Of a DNA stretch of 64,000 nt, positions 18,421 through 29,100 are shown piece by piece (the first letter of the stretch is position 1; every line of letters begins with the position of its first letter). Source of the stretch: a virus. Location of the stretch: IMG/VR virus record IMGVR_UViG_3300030430_004661, positions 10,512-74,511 of that record; one strand, given 5' to 3'. The notes beneath the pieces were generated by a model. The model saw only the letters and a program-made list of their open reading frames with translations, made no database searches and had not been told where the DNA came from. Made by a program: the position numbers and the translations under genes.

Positions 18421-19147
18421 TAAAATAAACCAAGAACGTAAAGATATAATAAACAAAACAAAGCATACGATTAGCGATGTTCCTAGGGCGCAAAAAGAAG
18501 TAGCTGAGTTGCTTCCTGATCTTTTTGAGAAGAAAAGGTTTTATAAAATGCATCCTAGGCCAAATGATCACCCACAATCCAGAGAGTATCAGTACTATGA
18601 ATATTGTATTAGTGCTGTTGAGATTGATGGCTTGTGGTTAGAATTTGGTGTCTACAAAGGTGCTAGTAGTAAGTATATTAGCAAGATAAAGAACGAATTG
18701 CACCCCGAATCAGATAAGGGATTTCATGGGTTTGATTCATTTGAAGGTTTACCAGAAGATTGGACTGGAAATGGATCTCCAAAGGGTAAGTTTAAAACAA
18801 AAGTTCCTTCCGTTCCCGGAGTGACCTTTCACAAAGGATGGTTTAGTGACACCATACCAAAATTTTTAACATCATACAAAGGTCAATGTGCATTTATACA
18901 CATCGATTGTGACATATATTCATCAACAGTGGATATTCTAGAAAACTTGTCACCAAGAATAGTACCCGGAACTGTTATTCTTTTTGATGAGCTTACTGGA
19001 TATGACGCTTGGAAAGATCATGAATATAAAGCGTTTATTGAATTTGTTGAAAAATATGATGTTGAATATGAATGGCTAGCATATGTGGCAAATGCAGGCC
19101 AAGCAGCATGTAAAATAACTAAAATAGGAGTACATAATGAATTATAA
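18407..19147 (+). CDS. TylF/MycF-like sugar O-methyltransferase
   Basis: LEFGVYKG, GFDSFEGLP, KGWFSDT, IHIDCDIYSST, ILFDE. Confidence 0.85.
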   Translation: MKIYDKINQERKDIINKTKHTISDVPRAQKEVAELLPDLFEKKRFYKMHPRPNDHPQSREYQYYEYCISAVEIDGLWLEFGVYKGASSKYISKIKNELHPESDKGFHGFDSFEGLPEDWTGNGSPKGKFKTKVPSVPGVTFHKGWFSDTIPKFLTSYKGQCAFIHIDCDIYSSTVDILENLSPRIVPGTVILFDELTGYDAWKDHEYKAFIEFVEKYDVEYEWLAYVANAGQAACKITKIGVHNEL

Positions 19148-19346
19148 ATTTTCAGACCAAGCCATTGGCGCATTGATGATGGCGCTACAAAAATCATTAC
19201 TAGAGCAAACCGACATAGTTCCGGTGATCAAAAACTTTGATGTTCAGATAGATGATACAAATCATTTGATAGTGGTTAACCCACCACCAGTAAAGGCACC
19301 TAAAATAGAAGCAAAGCCTAAAATACTTTTACCGGATGAAGATTAA
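19137..19346 (+). CDS. Hypothetical protein
   Basis: 69 aa with AGGAG RBS, coupled to neighbours. Confidence 0.7.
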   Translation: MNYKFSDQAIGALMMALQKSLLEQTDIVPVIKNFDVQIDDTNHLIVVNPPPVKAPKIEAKPKILLPDED

Positions 19347-19597
19347 TGCCTAGATACTTTTATGAATGCTCAAAGTGTGGATCACAATTTAAAACTGTGC
19401 ATGGCATGAATGAAACACAAGATCATTGTGAGGTCTGTTTTTCTGATGCTGGAACACTTCGAAGAATTCCACAGCTTACCACCACCCTCAAGCCTCTATC
19501 TAAAGAGGCACAGAGAGTTCGGGATGCTATTGAGGATAATAAAAATATTCTAAAAGAAATGGATAAAGAAGCGAGGAATACAAGTTATGACGATTAG
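19346..19597 (+). CDS. FmdB-like zinc-ribbon protein
   Basis: MPRYFYECSKCG..F...HCEVC. Confidence 0.8.
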   Translation: MPRYFYECSKCGSQFKTVHGMNETQDHCEVCFSDAGTLRRIPQLTTTLKPLSKEAQRVRDAIEDNKNILKEMDKEARNTSYDD

Positions 19598-19982
19598 CAC
19601 TGGATTAAGTTTAGCCCTAGGAATATCTATAATATTAAACATTTTTACTGTTTGGTACATTAGAGCACTATTGGGTCGTTTTAATTGGATTAGTCAAAAT
19701 ATTAACGATCTTGTGCAAATAATTGGTGTATTTAGGGCACATTTGCAAGACGTGCGAAAGTTAGAACAGTTCTATGGAGATCAAGAAATAAAAAATCTTG
19801 CTCTGCATACAGCTTCGCTTATGGATGTGTTACAGGATTATGAAGACGTAGTCTTTATAACAGAACCAATAGAATTTGTAGAGGATGAATCAGATACTCA
19901 ACAACAGGAAGAACAAAATGCCGAGGAAGAAGTCCAAGAAAAACATGTACTTTACGCAGGTACACGAAAACGCAATAATTGA
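19587..19982 (+). CDS. Membrane-anchored hypothetical protein
   Basis: N-terminal hydrophobic helix LSLALGISIILNIFTVWYI followed by a helical acidic region. Confidence 0.7.
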   Translation: MTISTGLSLALGISIILNIFTVWYIRALLGRFNWISQNINDLVQIIGVFRAHLQDVRKLEQFYGDQEIKNLALHTASLMDVLQDYEDVVFITEPIEFVEDESDTQQQEEQNAEEEVQEKHVLYAGTRKRNN

Positions 19983-20607
19983 ATATTGTCAACCAAGCAC
20001 AACTTATAACAGAAGGTGCGAGCTTTACGAACACCTGATTCAACCAGCCTTCAACGAGATGGTTGACAAGATAGTATTTACGTATCGCTTTACATCTTTA
20101 CCAAATATTGATGAATTAAGGCAAGACTGTAAGGTCTGGCTTACAACCATATTGGCCAAGTATGATCCTAATCGAGGTTCAAAGGCCTTTTCGTATTTTA
20201 GTGTCATAACAAAAAACTGGTTTATACATCAGGTTAAAAAGACCGCAAAAAGAGCTAGTCGAGAGGTTGAATACGAAAAAGTAGGTAAGGAACTCAACAG
20301 CGCACAGAATATATCAAATGACCCTGTCATGGAAAATATATTACAAAAAGAGTTTTGGATATCATTTTACGATGAGCTTGGATCGTGGGACTCATCAAAG
20401 ATGTCAGAAAATGAACTTTTAGTTTACAACGCAATACGTGAGTTGTTTGCCTCTGTGGACGATCTTGATATGCTAAATAAGAAGGCTGTGTATCTGTATA
20501 TGAGAGAGATTACTGGACTCAATACAAAACAAATAGTATCACAGCTTAACAAGATGAGAAAGAGGTACAGAAGTTTTAAACGCAACTGGGACAATGGTAA
20601 AATTTAA
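19918..20607 (+). CDS. Phage RNA polymerase sigma factor (gp55-like, probably late)
   Basis: Region-2-like KYDPNRGSKAFSYFSVITKNWF; located just upstream of the structural module. Confidence 0.75.
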   Translation: MPRKKSKKNMYFTQVHENAIIEYCQPSTTYNRRCELYEHLIQPAFNEMVDKIVFTYRFTSLPNIDELRQDCKVWLTTILAKYDPNRGSKAFSYFSVITKNWFIHQVKKTAKRASREVEYEKVGKELNSAQNISNDPVMENILQKEFWISFYDELGSWDSSKMSENELLVYNAIRELFASVDDLDMLNKKAVYLYMREITGLNTKQIVSQLNKMRKRYRSFKRNWDNGKI

Positions 20608-20613
20608 ATTTGT

Positions 20614-20621
20614 CTATTTAT
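20614..20621 (+). promoter_or_regulatory. CTATTTAT motif, candidate late promoter
   Basis: In the 17-bp gap between the sigma gene and the first gene of the structural block. Confidence 0.5.
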
Positions 20622-20624
20622 GGT

Positions 20625-20918
20625 ATGAGTAAAAAATTAGATAAATTCATAGAGGAAGCGATTGATAACATTCGTAAAGATAGGGAGGTCACCAAAGATC
20701 TGCTTAATGATGCCATTGGGTATCTGTCAAAAGACGAATCTAGACATCGAGACATAGGCATAACATTGGCCAAGTATGTGGAAACACTACAGAGATCCAA
20801 TGAGCAGCTTGTTAAGATTACTTCTCTTGTGGCCAAACAAGAATCAAAGTCAGACGGTCTTACACAAGAAGACATGGAACAAATTTATTCCGCTATAAAG
20901 GATGATCCAGATGAGTAG
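20625..20918 (+). CDS. Hypothetical helical protein
   Basis: ATG at 20625; coiled-coil character. Confidence 0.7.
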   Translation: MSKKLDKFIEEAIDNIRKDREVTKDLLNDAIGYLSKDESRHRDIGITLAKYVETLQRSNEQLVKITSLVAKQESKSDGLTQEDMEQIYSAIKDDPDE

Positions 20919-22197
20919 GATAAAATCAATATTCAATGTGTTTTCTAATGAAAACGAGATGGTTGGTGGCAATTCACAGTCTCGTTGGAGTAGAACGCTA
21001 GACAATATTCAACAAATGACAGAAGAGTTTTTTAGTAGAACAGAGCCTGAAAGAATATACGCTACTATTGTAGACGCACCCGGAAGCACCGGTGAAGCGA
21101 TAAATGCTGAGGGTGGTCCGAAGCAATACCAAGCAGCAAGAATAAGAATAGAAGGAAGCACTGATTTTATGATTCCCGATCCAGCAGATTTAGCAGAAAG
21201 AGGGTTTACTAACGGGGAGATACTCAACAGTATCACCATGCATCCCATGGCATACTCTGTTGGTGAGGTTGGAGGAGACGACCAACAAGCACCACCTCCG
21301 GTGCAGGGTGATGTTGTTGAGGTTTTCAGAGAAGGTAATGGCTGGAGGTTTGGTAAGAAACTTAGAGATAATCTAAGAATAAAAAATCTCCCTATTGACA
21401 GAAGTACCGCGAATCTCAGCGCCGTGCCAACAGGACCGGCGCAAAGTTCATTTGACTCCGCAACTCCTACTTTGTCTGGAGACTTACCCGGCATTAACTT
21501 TGAAGCAGCAGAGGCTATTGAGCTAGCAAACCCTGAAATAGTCATACAAGATCTACAAAATCTATTTACACAAAAAGGCTATGTTTGGGATCCTGAGTTT
21601 AACCTAGTCGGCGTAAGAAGCTTCCCACAGACAAATAATAAGTTTACCGACTACATGATTGTGTCATTCGTTCAAAATGGAGTTAGTCGAGTATACAGGA
21701 TGATCATGACGACAGTTCCCGGCTACGATAGAGGTCAGACAATATTCTATGGTACACAAGGCAGAGCAGTAATGAAAGAAGGACAATATATTGACGCTTA
21801 TGGAGTCGGACTACATGCAAGCAAATACACAGCACTTGTGAACAGAGATGGAAAAAGATACCCAGACTTCTTTAGAGACGTTAATGGTGATGGTATACTG
21901 GACATAAGTTCTCCACCGTCAGTTTTGAATGAAAATAAACTAGTTGGACTAAACATACACTCAACGAGACTTAACAGCTCTCCGTATTCAAACGTTTATA
22001 ATTGGTCAGAGGGTTGCCAAGTTATACAATGGTGGCAAAATTTTAAGCACATGATGGCCGTTGTTAATGCTCTTGGTAGAAAACTATATGATTATACATT
22101 GATCAATAGTAATGATATAAATATTGCATCTTACCCATTTAAAAATGCGTCAAGCAACGGCAGGATTACTAACGCTCCTGAATATGAGAATTTATAA
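20911..22197 (+). CDS. Baseplate-associated protein with a C-terminal YkuD-like (L,D-transpeptidase fold) cell-wall enzyme
   Basis: N-terminal OB-like PPVQGDVVEV; C-terminal GLNIH(x13)SEGCQV His/Cys motif; upstream of spike and gp25. Confidence 0.6.
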   Translation: MSRIKSIFNVFSNENEMVGGNSQSRWSRTLDNIQQMTEEFFSRTEPERIYATIVDAPGSTGEAINAEGGPKQYQAARIRIEGSTDFMIPDPADLAERGFTNGEILNSITMHPMAYSVGEVGGDDQQAPPPVQGDVVEVFREGNGWRFGKKLRDNLRIKNLPIDRSTANLSAVPTGPAQSSFDSATPTLSGDLPGINFEAAEAIELANPEIVIQDLQNLFTQKGYVWDPEFNLVGVRSFPQTNNKFTDYMIVSFVQNGVSRVYRMIMTTVPGYDRGQTIFYGTQGRAVMKEGQYIDAYGVGLHASKYTALVNRDGKRYPDFFRDVNGDGILDISSPPSVLNENKLVGLNIHSTRLNSSPYSNVYNWSEGCQVIQWWQNFKHMMAVVNALGRKLYDYTLINSNDINIASYPFKNASSNGRITNAPEYENL

Positions 22198-23126
22198 TGA
22201 GATATAAACAGATAAATTATTTAAACAAAACACCAGAGGATGTTAAGTCTCTAATTGAACTTGGAACTTACACAAATGGTCTTTATAACACTATCAAAGA
22301 AGATGAGCTCAATCCTACTTACGAGATAGCAGAAAATGAAATAGTATATTCAAATAAGAACTCGCATATAATACTGGGTAAGGATAGGTTTGGTGATTAT
22401 AAGACTGGCTTTGGAGGACTAGGATACGCAGCATCAAACGCTGTAGATATTGTAGTTGGTTTGGCTTCCTCTTATATGCCACTAGATAAGAAACTAGGAC
22501 CAACTGATGAGATAGGAAAAAACTTTTTTACCGATGCCGCAAGAGTTTACATAAGCCAGAGGTGTGACATAGATAAATACTTCGCCATAGAAGAGGGCAC
22601 ACAGTATTCAGATTTTGGAAATGAAGGTGTTTCTGGCGCTGCGATCAAAGCAGATTGTGTGGCAGTTATTGGCAGAAGAAATGTCAAAATCAAGGCCGGC
22701 CCTTCAAGACTGAATATTGGTAAAGAAAAGGACTCACAAGGTCAAAAGATTACGGATTCTAGAATAGAGTTGATTGGTGGAAACAAAGACCTAGAACCCC
22801 TAGTTCTTGGGTTTAAACTTGTCAAGTTACTAAAAGAAATGCAAGAAGAAATACAATACCTTAGAGGAGAGGTCACAAATTTACATTATAAAAATGCAAA
22901 ATTAAACACCAAATTGGCCTTACACATTCATGGTGACCCCTTTACCGTGGTAACCCTGCCCTCCCCTGATTTAGCAGTTAGTGCGATAATAGAAATACCT
23001 CAAAATATCCAAAATGTGGTTAAGGGAATAGTCGATAAATATATTGACAAAGTTAGAGAACTCAATTCTACACAAATTCCCAATGACGCCGATTATATAT
23101 TAAGCAGAAACGTATTTACAACGTAG
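22197..23126 (+). CDS. Baseplate central spike-like protein
   Basis: Beta-rich body, EPLVLG..L, HIH (HxH) tip motif; baseplate context. Confidence 0.6.
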   Translation: MRYKQINYLNKTPEDVKSLIELGTYTNGLYNTIKEDELNPTYEIAENEIVYSNKNSHIILGKDRFGDYKTGFGGLGYAASNAVDIVVGLASSYMPLDKKLGPTDEIGKNFFTDAARVYISQRCDIDKYFAIEEGTQYSDFGNEGVSGAAIKADCVAVIGRRNVKIKAGPSRLNIGKEKDSQGQKITDSRIELIGGNKDLEPLVLGFKLVKLLKEMQEEIQYLRGEVTNLHYKNAKLNTKLALHIHGDPFTVVTLPSPDLAVSAIIEIPQNIQNVVKGIVDKYIDKVRELNSTQIPNDADYILSRNVFTT

Positions 23127-23135
23127 GAAAATAAC

Positions 23136-26100
23136 ATGTCTGAATTTAAAGATTTACAGGTCGATATATGTGAAATAGATGAAGCATTAGCACCCAAAGA
23201 CGACAGACCGGAGTGTCCGGACATTGTCATAGAGATACCTAGACCCGAAATAGACTTACCCTCTTTCGATCCAGATATTGACTTTTCTGATATCACAAGG
23301 CTGGATTTCAGCTTTGGCGATCTAAAAAAGTTGAGGAAACTCAAGCTGCTATTTAAAAAATTTTCACAATTGCAAGTTATACTTAAATCTAGTAGTGGTA
23401 TATCATTTATACAAGACGTACCAGATCCCGGCTTTGAAACAGGAAGAAGAAAATTTTACTTAAAAAAGTTTGAACTGTTAATTGATAAGTTTGAAATATT
23501 GATTGAAGATTTTTTTGATCGTGAAGGTATAGATTTCGATCCAGATATAATTGAAAAAATTAGCTTCGAGTTTGATAAATTCGACCCACTCAATCCTTTT
23601 AAGGTTGAAAGGTTTACCATCCTAGACAGGGCTGGAAAGTTCTTTGATGTGCCAAAGATTGATTTTGATCCAGTTCTGCAAGACCCCACGCTTATGAAAT
23701 ACTTTATCGATATAGATTCTATATTTGATAGGCTGACTGTAGATACGTCTTGGATCGATATCATGCTAGAGATAACATACCCAAGGATACAGATTGATTA
23801 TGGATCTTTTGATGACCTAGACATAGACTTTGGAGACTTAGACTTTAGCCTGAAGTTTAGAGATCTTGCATTAGGTAGCTTTAAGTTTCCTGATATAATG
23901 ATGTATTCCTTGGAAATACCAAAAATAAAATCAATAGATTTCAATAAAACAAAGTACAGCTTGCTAAGGCAAGGTTTGTCTGTGTTGCCACCTGACCTAG
24001 ATTTCTCACAGTTACCAGACATTAACCTGAAACAAATAGAAAACATATTTGATGAATTCAATATTCCAAAGTTAGATCGTGGAGCACTTATGGAACTCTA
24101 CAATAGGTTTGGACCAATTGACAAATTTAAGGCTCCAAAAGTTCTTAAGCCATTTGGTGATTTTGACTTCGAAAGATCTCAGCTTTTGGACTTTCTAACA
24201 CCTTGTAAATGGAAAGAGGTTCTTGAGGAGACACTAAAGAGTAAACTATCTGATAAAACTCTGGAACAAGCAACCAGAATAATAATAAGAACAGCCCTGC
24301 TTTCAGCGTCTCCTCTCGTGCTACGTAAAATATACGGTGAGTTAGCACAGGACGTAACACAAGAAATCGAACAGGAAATCAGATCAGAACTTCAAATAGA
24401 TTCATTTGCTTACCCATGGGATGTAATACAGGAAGTTGAATTAGAAAGATCTATTCTAGATAGGCAAAAGATATTGGACCAACTTGAAGAAAGTTTAGAT
24501 GAAGAAATAGACGCACAAGTCAAACGCTTGATGGTTGAAAAGATAATAGAAAAATCAAACATAGACAAGCTTTCTGAGTTTTTCGATATGATTCCCGGTG
24601 CCGACATATACAAGCTAGCAGTGTTATCGGACGAAGTCCCGTTTACACCCAATATAAATGCAGGGATAGAAAAGATTGTCGGTGTTGGGGGAGTTGGCTT
24701 ATGTGATGATGGAAGGTTTATAAAAAAGGGCCTACCACAACTTCCAAAAATGAAAGAGCTTAGTTTCAAATTTTTGCTGGATGTGTTAATTAAAGAATTT
24801 AAAAAGCTACTTATCAAACTTCTGATAAACGTTTTACTATCTATAGTTATAAAGTTTATAGACAAAGCAGTTTCATCATTTCCGCCACTACCAGATTTGC
24901 CACAGCTCCCAGACGTCCCAGACATATCAGACATCCCACCTATAAGTAATTTTCCTGATTTGCCAAATCTGCCGCCATCAGGGAGATTAGATCCTTCTAA
25001 TTTAATGAGAGACTTGAATGATGTTAATTTTGGTACAGCATTATCAGATGTGTTCTTTGGACCACCAGAATTGGGAGACACCGCAGCAGGAAAATTTTTA
25101 GAGATAAGTGGTGTTCCAGCCAGATCTAGAGATAGATTGATAAAAGCAATATCCAACACCTTAACAGCAAAAGAATTAAAAGCCGCCATGGCAGCGAGTC
25201 CGGAAAACCAAAATGGTGCTGCAATTGCTGCTGTCTATACTGCCATTAGAGGCACTGGATTTGAAGTTCCCGGTGTTCTTTCAAGCCCTGAAGATGTTCA
25301 AGCAATGTTTGCAAATATAAATTCATATCTAACACCAGATCAAAAAGCCAGAATATTAAACAGTATTACACCTGAAGACGACATGCCCATTAACAAATCA
25401 ATATGTCTTACAAAAGAAGAAAGGTGCATGTGGAATGATCAAAGGCTTGATGCATTTAAAGATCTTGGTTTTAATGATGACGAGGCAAACGATTTCTTAG
25501 ATAGACTTAATGATAAGTCTGATCAAGACCTTGCAGATGTGGTTGATGCCTTATTTAACGCTCCTGATAATATTTTAGGTGACGCTCTGGACGCAGCACT
25601 AGACAACGCAGTATCTGGTAAAAATGATATTGGTGAACCTCAAAGGCTACAGAAAGCAGATGATTATGACGAAGACAACCTAGGAGACTTGGATGACAAA
25701 GATATCTGTTTCGACGTATTTTTTGAACTGACAGGTCAAACTGGTAACAATAGTATAACAATACCAACTGATATGAAAAACTTATTTAAAAATATGAACA
25801 GGGATGTCTTTAGAATGTTAAATTTTGCCTTCTCAAATGATCTCATAGGTAGACGAAATTCATTTTTTGAAAACGTGTTAGCAGACAGGAGAGGCACAAA
25901 GCTTACAGCCGGCTTATTTGACCATGAAACTAGGGTACGTCTTAGATATCCATTCCCAAATGCCGCTGATACCGAGGAACAACACGCAGAAAAATTCGAT
26001 GGTGCTGGTAAGATCCTAAAAAGAGTTATGGAGAAAACCCGGATTATGGACAAAGGTGAAGAAGACCCCGCCCAAGGCGACCCTAGTAACCTCTTTCCCT

Positions 26101-29100
26101 TGACGGTTGGAATACACATGAAAAATCAATTGCATGCGACTTTGAGTGACCTTGGGCAAGACAATTTTGAGCTTAGAACCGAAATGAATCCCAAAGGTAA
26201 GGCAAAAAAAGCCGACTTCAGATTAGAATTTAGAGACAAAGTGTTTGATGAAGACCCTCCAAGAGATTTTGAATTTGGTAACGACATATTGTATAGAGAT
26301 TTTACGTACCCAAACCAGACATTTACTAAAGATGGACTATATGAACTAGCAAAAATAGATAAATTGCCGCAAGGTGGAAACTTCAAGGATGTTAAGGTTC
26401 AAGCTAGTTATGGATTAGAAAAATTTTCTGACATCATAGAAGAGATAGACGTAGAAGAGTCAGAGCTTGTGCAACCATACATTGTGCATTTATTTAAAAA
26501 CTTTTTTGCGGGAAACTTAGATTCTCTTGGCGTTTCTAATATTTCTATTGACCAAGCAGCACAACAATACGAAAGTATGTCGAGAAATATTTTTTCAGAT
26601 GTTATAAACGCAATATTTCCTAACGACGGTACTTTTCCAAGAAAAGGTTTTGTCTTTGGATATGTCGACGACAGGATTAAATATGAAAATTTACTATATG
26701 TAGGTCCAAACGCAACAAGTAATAAAAACACTTGGAAGTATGAAGAAGATGAAGAGGATAAAATATTAGGCAAAGCAGCCGTTGCACATGATAGGGTCAA
26801 GTTCCTAGATCCTGCTATTCATGGTGGATCTTATGTTAGACCAAAAATTTATATTGAACCAACTCAACACGTGGGTTGGATGGGCTTTATGCAGACACTA
26901 ATGCCAGAACCAGACGGTCATGAGCCAAAAAGTGAAGATTTCTTGTTTGTTAGCGATATTTCCAAACGCATAAGCGATAAACAGCTTAGTCCGAACGTTG
27001 ATGACAGACTCAGACTAGATCCAGAATACAGGGTTGAAGGGGCGTTTAACAAAGTATTGACTCCGTCATCTTCTGCTTATTTAGAAGGTATAGTAAGAAT
27101 GACAGTACGCGCATATTGTATGGAATTTATGCTCAGATGTTATCCAGTTATACAAAACCTAAAGCTTGATTTTGATAGTAACTTTGACGATGGCATTTTA
27201 TCGTTTATAGCTGCTAAAATGGAACAAGGTATGAGAGAACAGGATGGGTTCGGAAGAATTAAGGAAGACAAGTATTGGTTATTGTTTTGTGAACAAGCAG
27301 TACAACAAGCATATGGTTTAGTTGAAGATGAAATTCTAGAACCAGATGCTGAACTAATAGAGCTGTTACAGGAGGGCATAGATACGACTAATGGTTTTAT
27401 GATACCTAATGACGAAGATAGAAAGCTTTTGCTATTGGTTGAGAGCTGGGATAAAAGTAGTTTTTTAAACAGAGTTGCTCGTGCTTTTTTTAGAGACGGC
27501 TTACAGGTTTCTGATAGACAAGAACGTAGAATTGTTCACATATTAAATGCTTTGTTGTATTACTCAAAAGGCGAATATTATGAAGACTATATTGGAAACA
27601 AACAAGATAGGACATTTTCATACAGACCCATGATTACAAAATATATGACCGTTAAGTTTTTGAGAAAAGCCGTACGAGAATATGATGTAAGAAATAGGAT
27701 GGCACTCTGTAGAAAAGTTTTAAAATATTATATCAAAAAAGAATTACAATTTTACGCAGATAAATTTAATGAAAACATGCCATTCCCATCTAGGATAGAT
27801 AATCTGCAAGAAGAACTTTTGGGAGATATGTTTATTAGCAAGACGCCTCTAGATGTGATTCCTCGCGAACCCCTCGCCAATCCGCCTTTAGATGGATTAA
27901 ATATAACCGAAGGACAGTATTCTTCTTTGCTTGCCAATGGCTCTTTTTACATAGAAAAATATGCTATCCTTGTAACAAACAACCAGACAACACCGGACTA
28001 CTTTAAACCATTTGATGGCATCAATCGAATAGATGAGTTGCAAGATGTAGTTAATTCATACACCGGAGATAAAAATGTTTATGTGTCTGATGTATTTGGC
28101 ACTGCGAGTGTGCTTGGATCAGGACGCCGCCGCAACAATAACGAAGAAGAAGAAACAGGCAAACCAACTCCAAAGAGCCAAAAAGAAAAGCGTGACGAGC
28201 GCAAACAAAAGCGTAAAGAACGCAGAGAAGAGCGAGCAGAAGATCGCGAGAGACGTAGAGAAGAACAAGCAAATGGCTATGCAGGATCTATAGGGATCAG
28301 AATGGGCCTAAGAGTAATGTACTGTCCACAACCCGAAGTGGAGCCACTGCTTGAGTCAATCAATTTCGACCCAGAAACGGGTGAATCTGGCGGATCTGGA
28401 CTTCCTCTTTTCCCAAGCGGTGGTGAATCTGGAACGTTTGTTATGGGAAACTTGAGTAACATACAAAATCCCTCTGAGATGGCTTTGAGTGCCGACGGAC
28501 CAATCCAGCAATTATGGGGCGGATTATCCGGAGGTTATTTTATTGTCGATGGTGTTGAGAAATATTATAATTCTATGGGCGACTCTTTTCCTATCTTTTC
28601 ATATGAAAGAGACATAAAGGATGTAAAATTGAAAGATCTAAGATTAGACTTAGAGGATTTAGATTGTTATGTGGACGAGTTGATAAAGTCTAGAAAATTT
28701 AATTTTTTCTTCGGATCAGTATTACCAGTTAGAAGAGCAGCAAGTATGGTTGCTATCTACTGTTACGATGGATTTGTCCAGTCAGTTGGTCTAGGAGACG
28801 ACGAGAGAGAAGAAGGTGAAGAGGGATCAAGAGGAAGATGGCGACAGAAATTGTTGAAAAGAACCAAGAGAAACCTGTACCATATGTTTGTGTCTAATTT
28901 AAAATCTATGTCGAATAGAAAAGATAAATTTGATGATGGTAATCGATCACAAAAAAGATTTAGAAGAAAAAGATTTCCTAGGCAACTTCAAAATATTGAC
29001 AAAGGTGTTAAGTGGTGGCAGCTTAGAAAGAAAGTTGGAAGACCGTTTGATAAAAATGGAAACCCGAAGATAGATATTGTAAATATGTTGTTTGGAGATT

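Noticed and set aside
7514-19147. Host capsule/LPS locus or chimeric assembly
   Set aside because: No wzx, wzy, kps or initiating transferase; same strand, coupling and promoter style as the flanking phage genes. Read-level confirmation is still advisable
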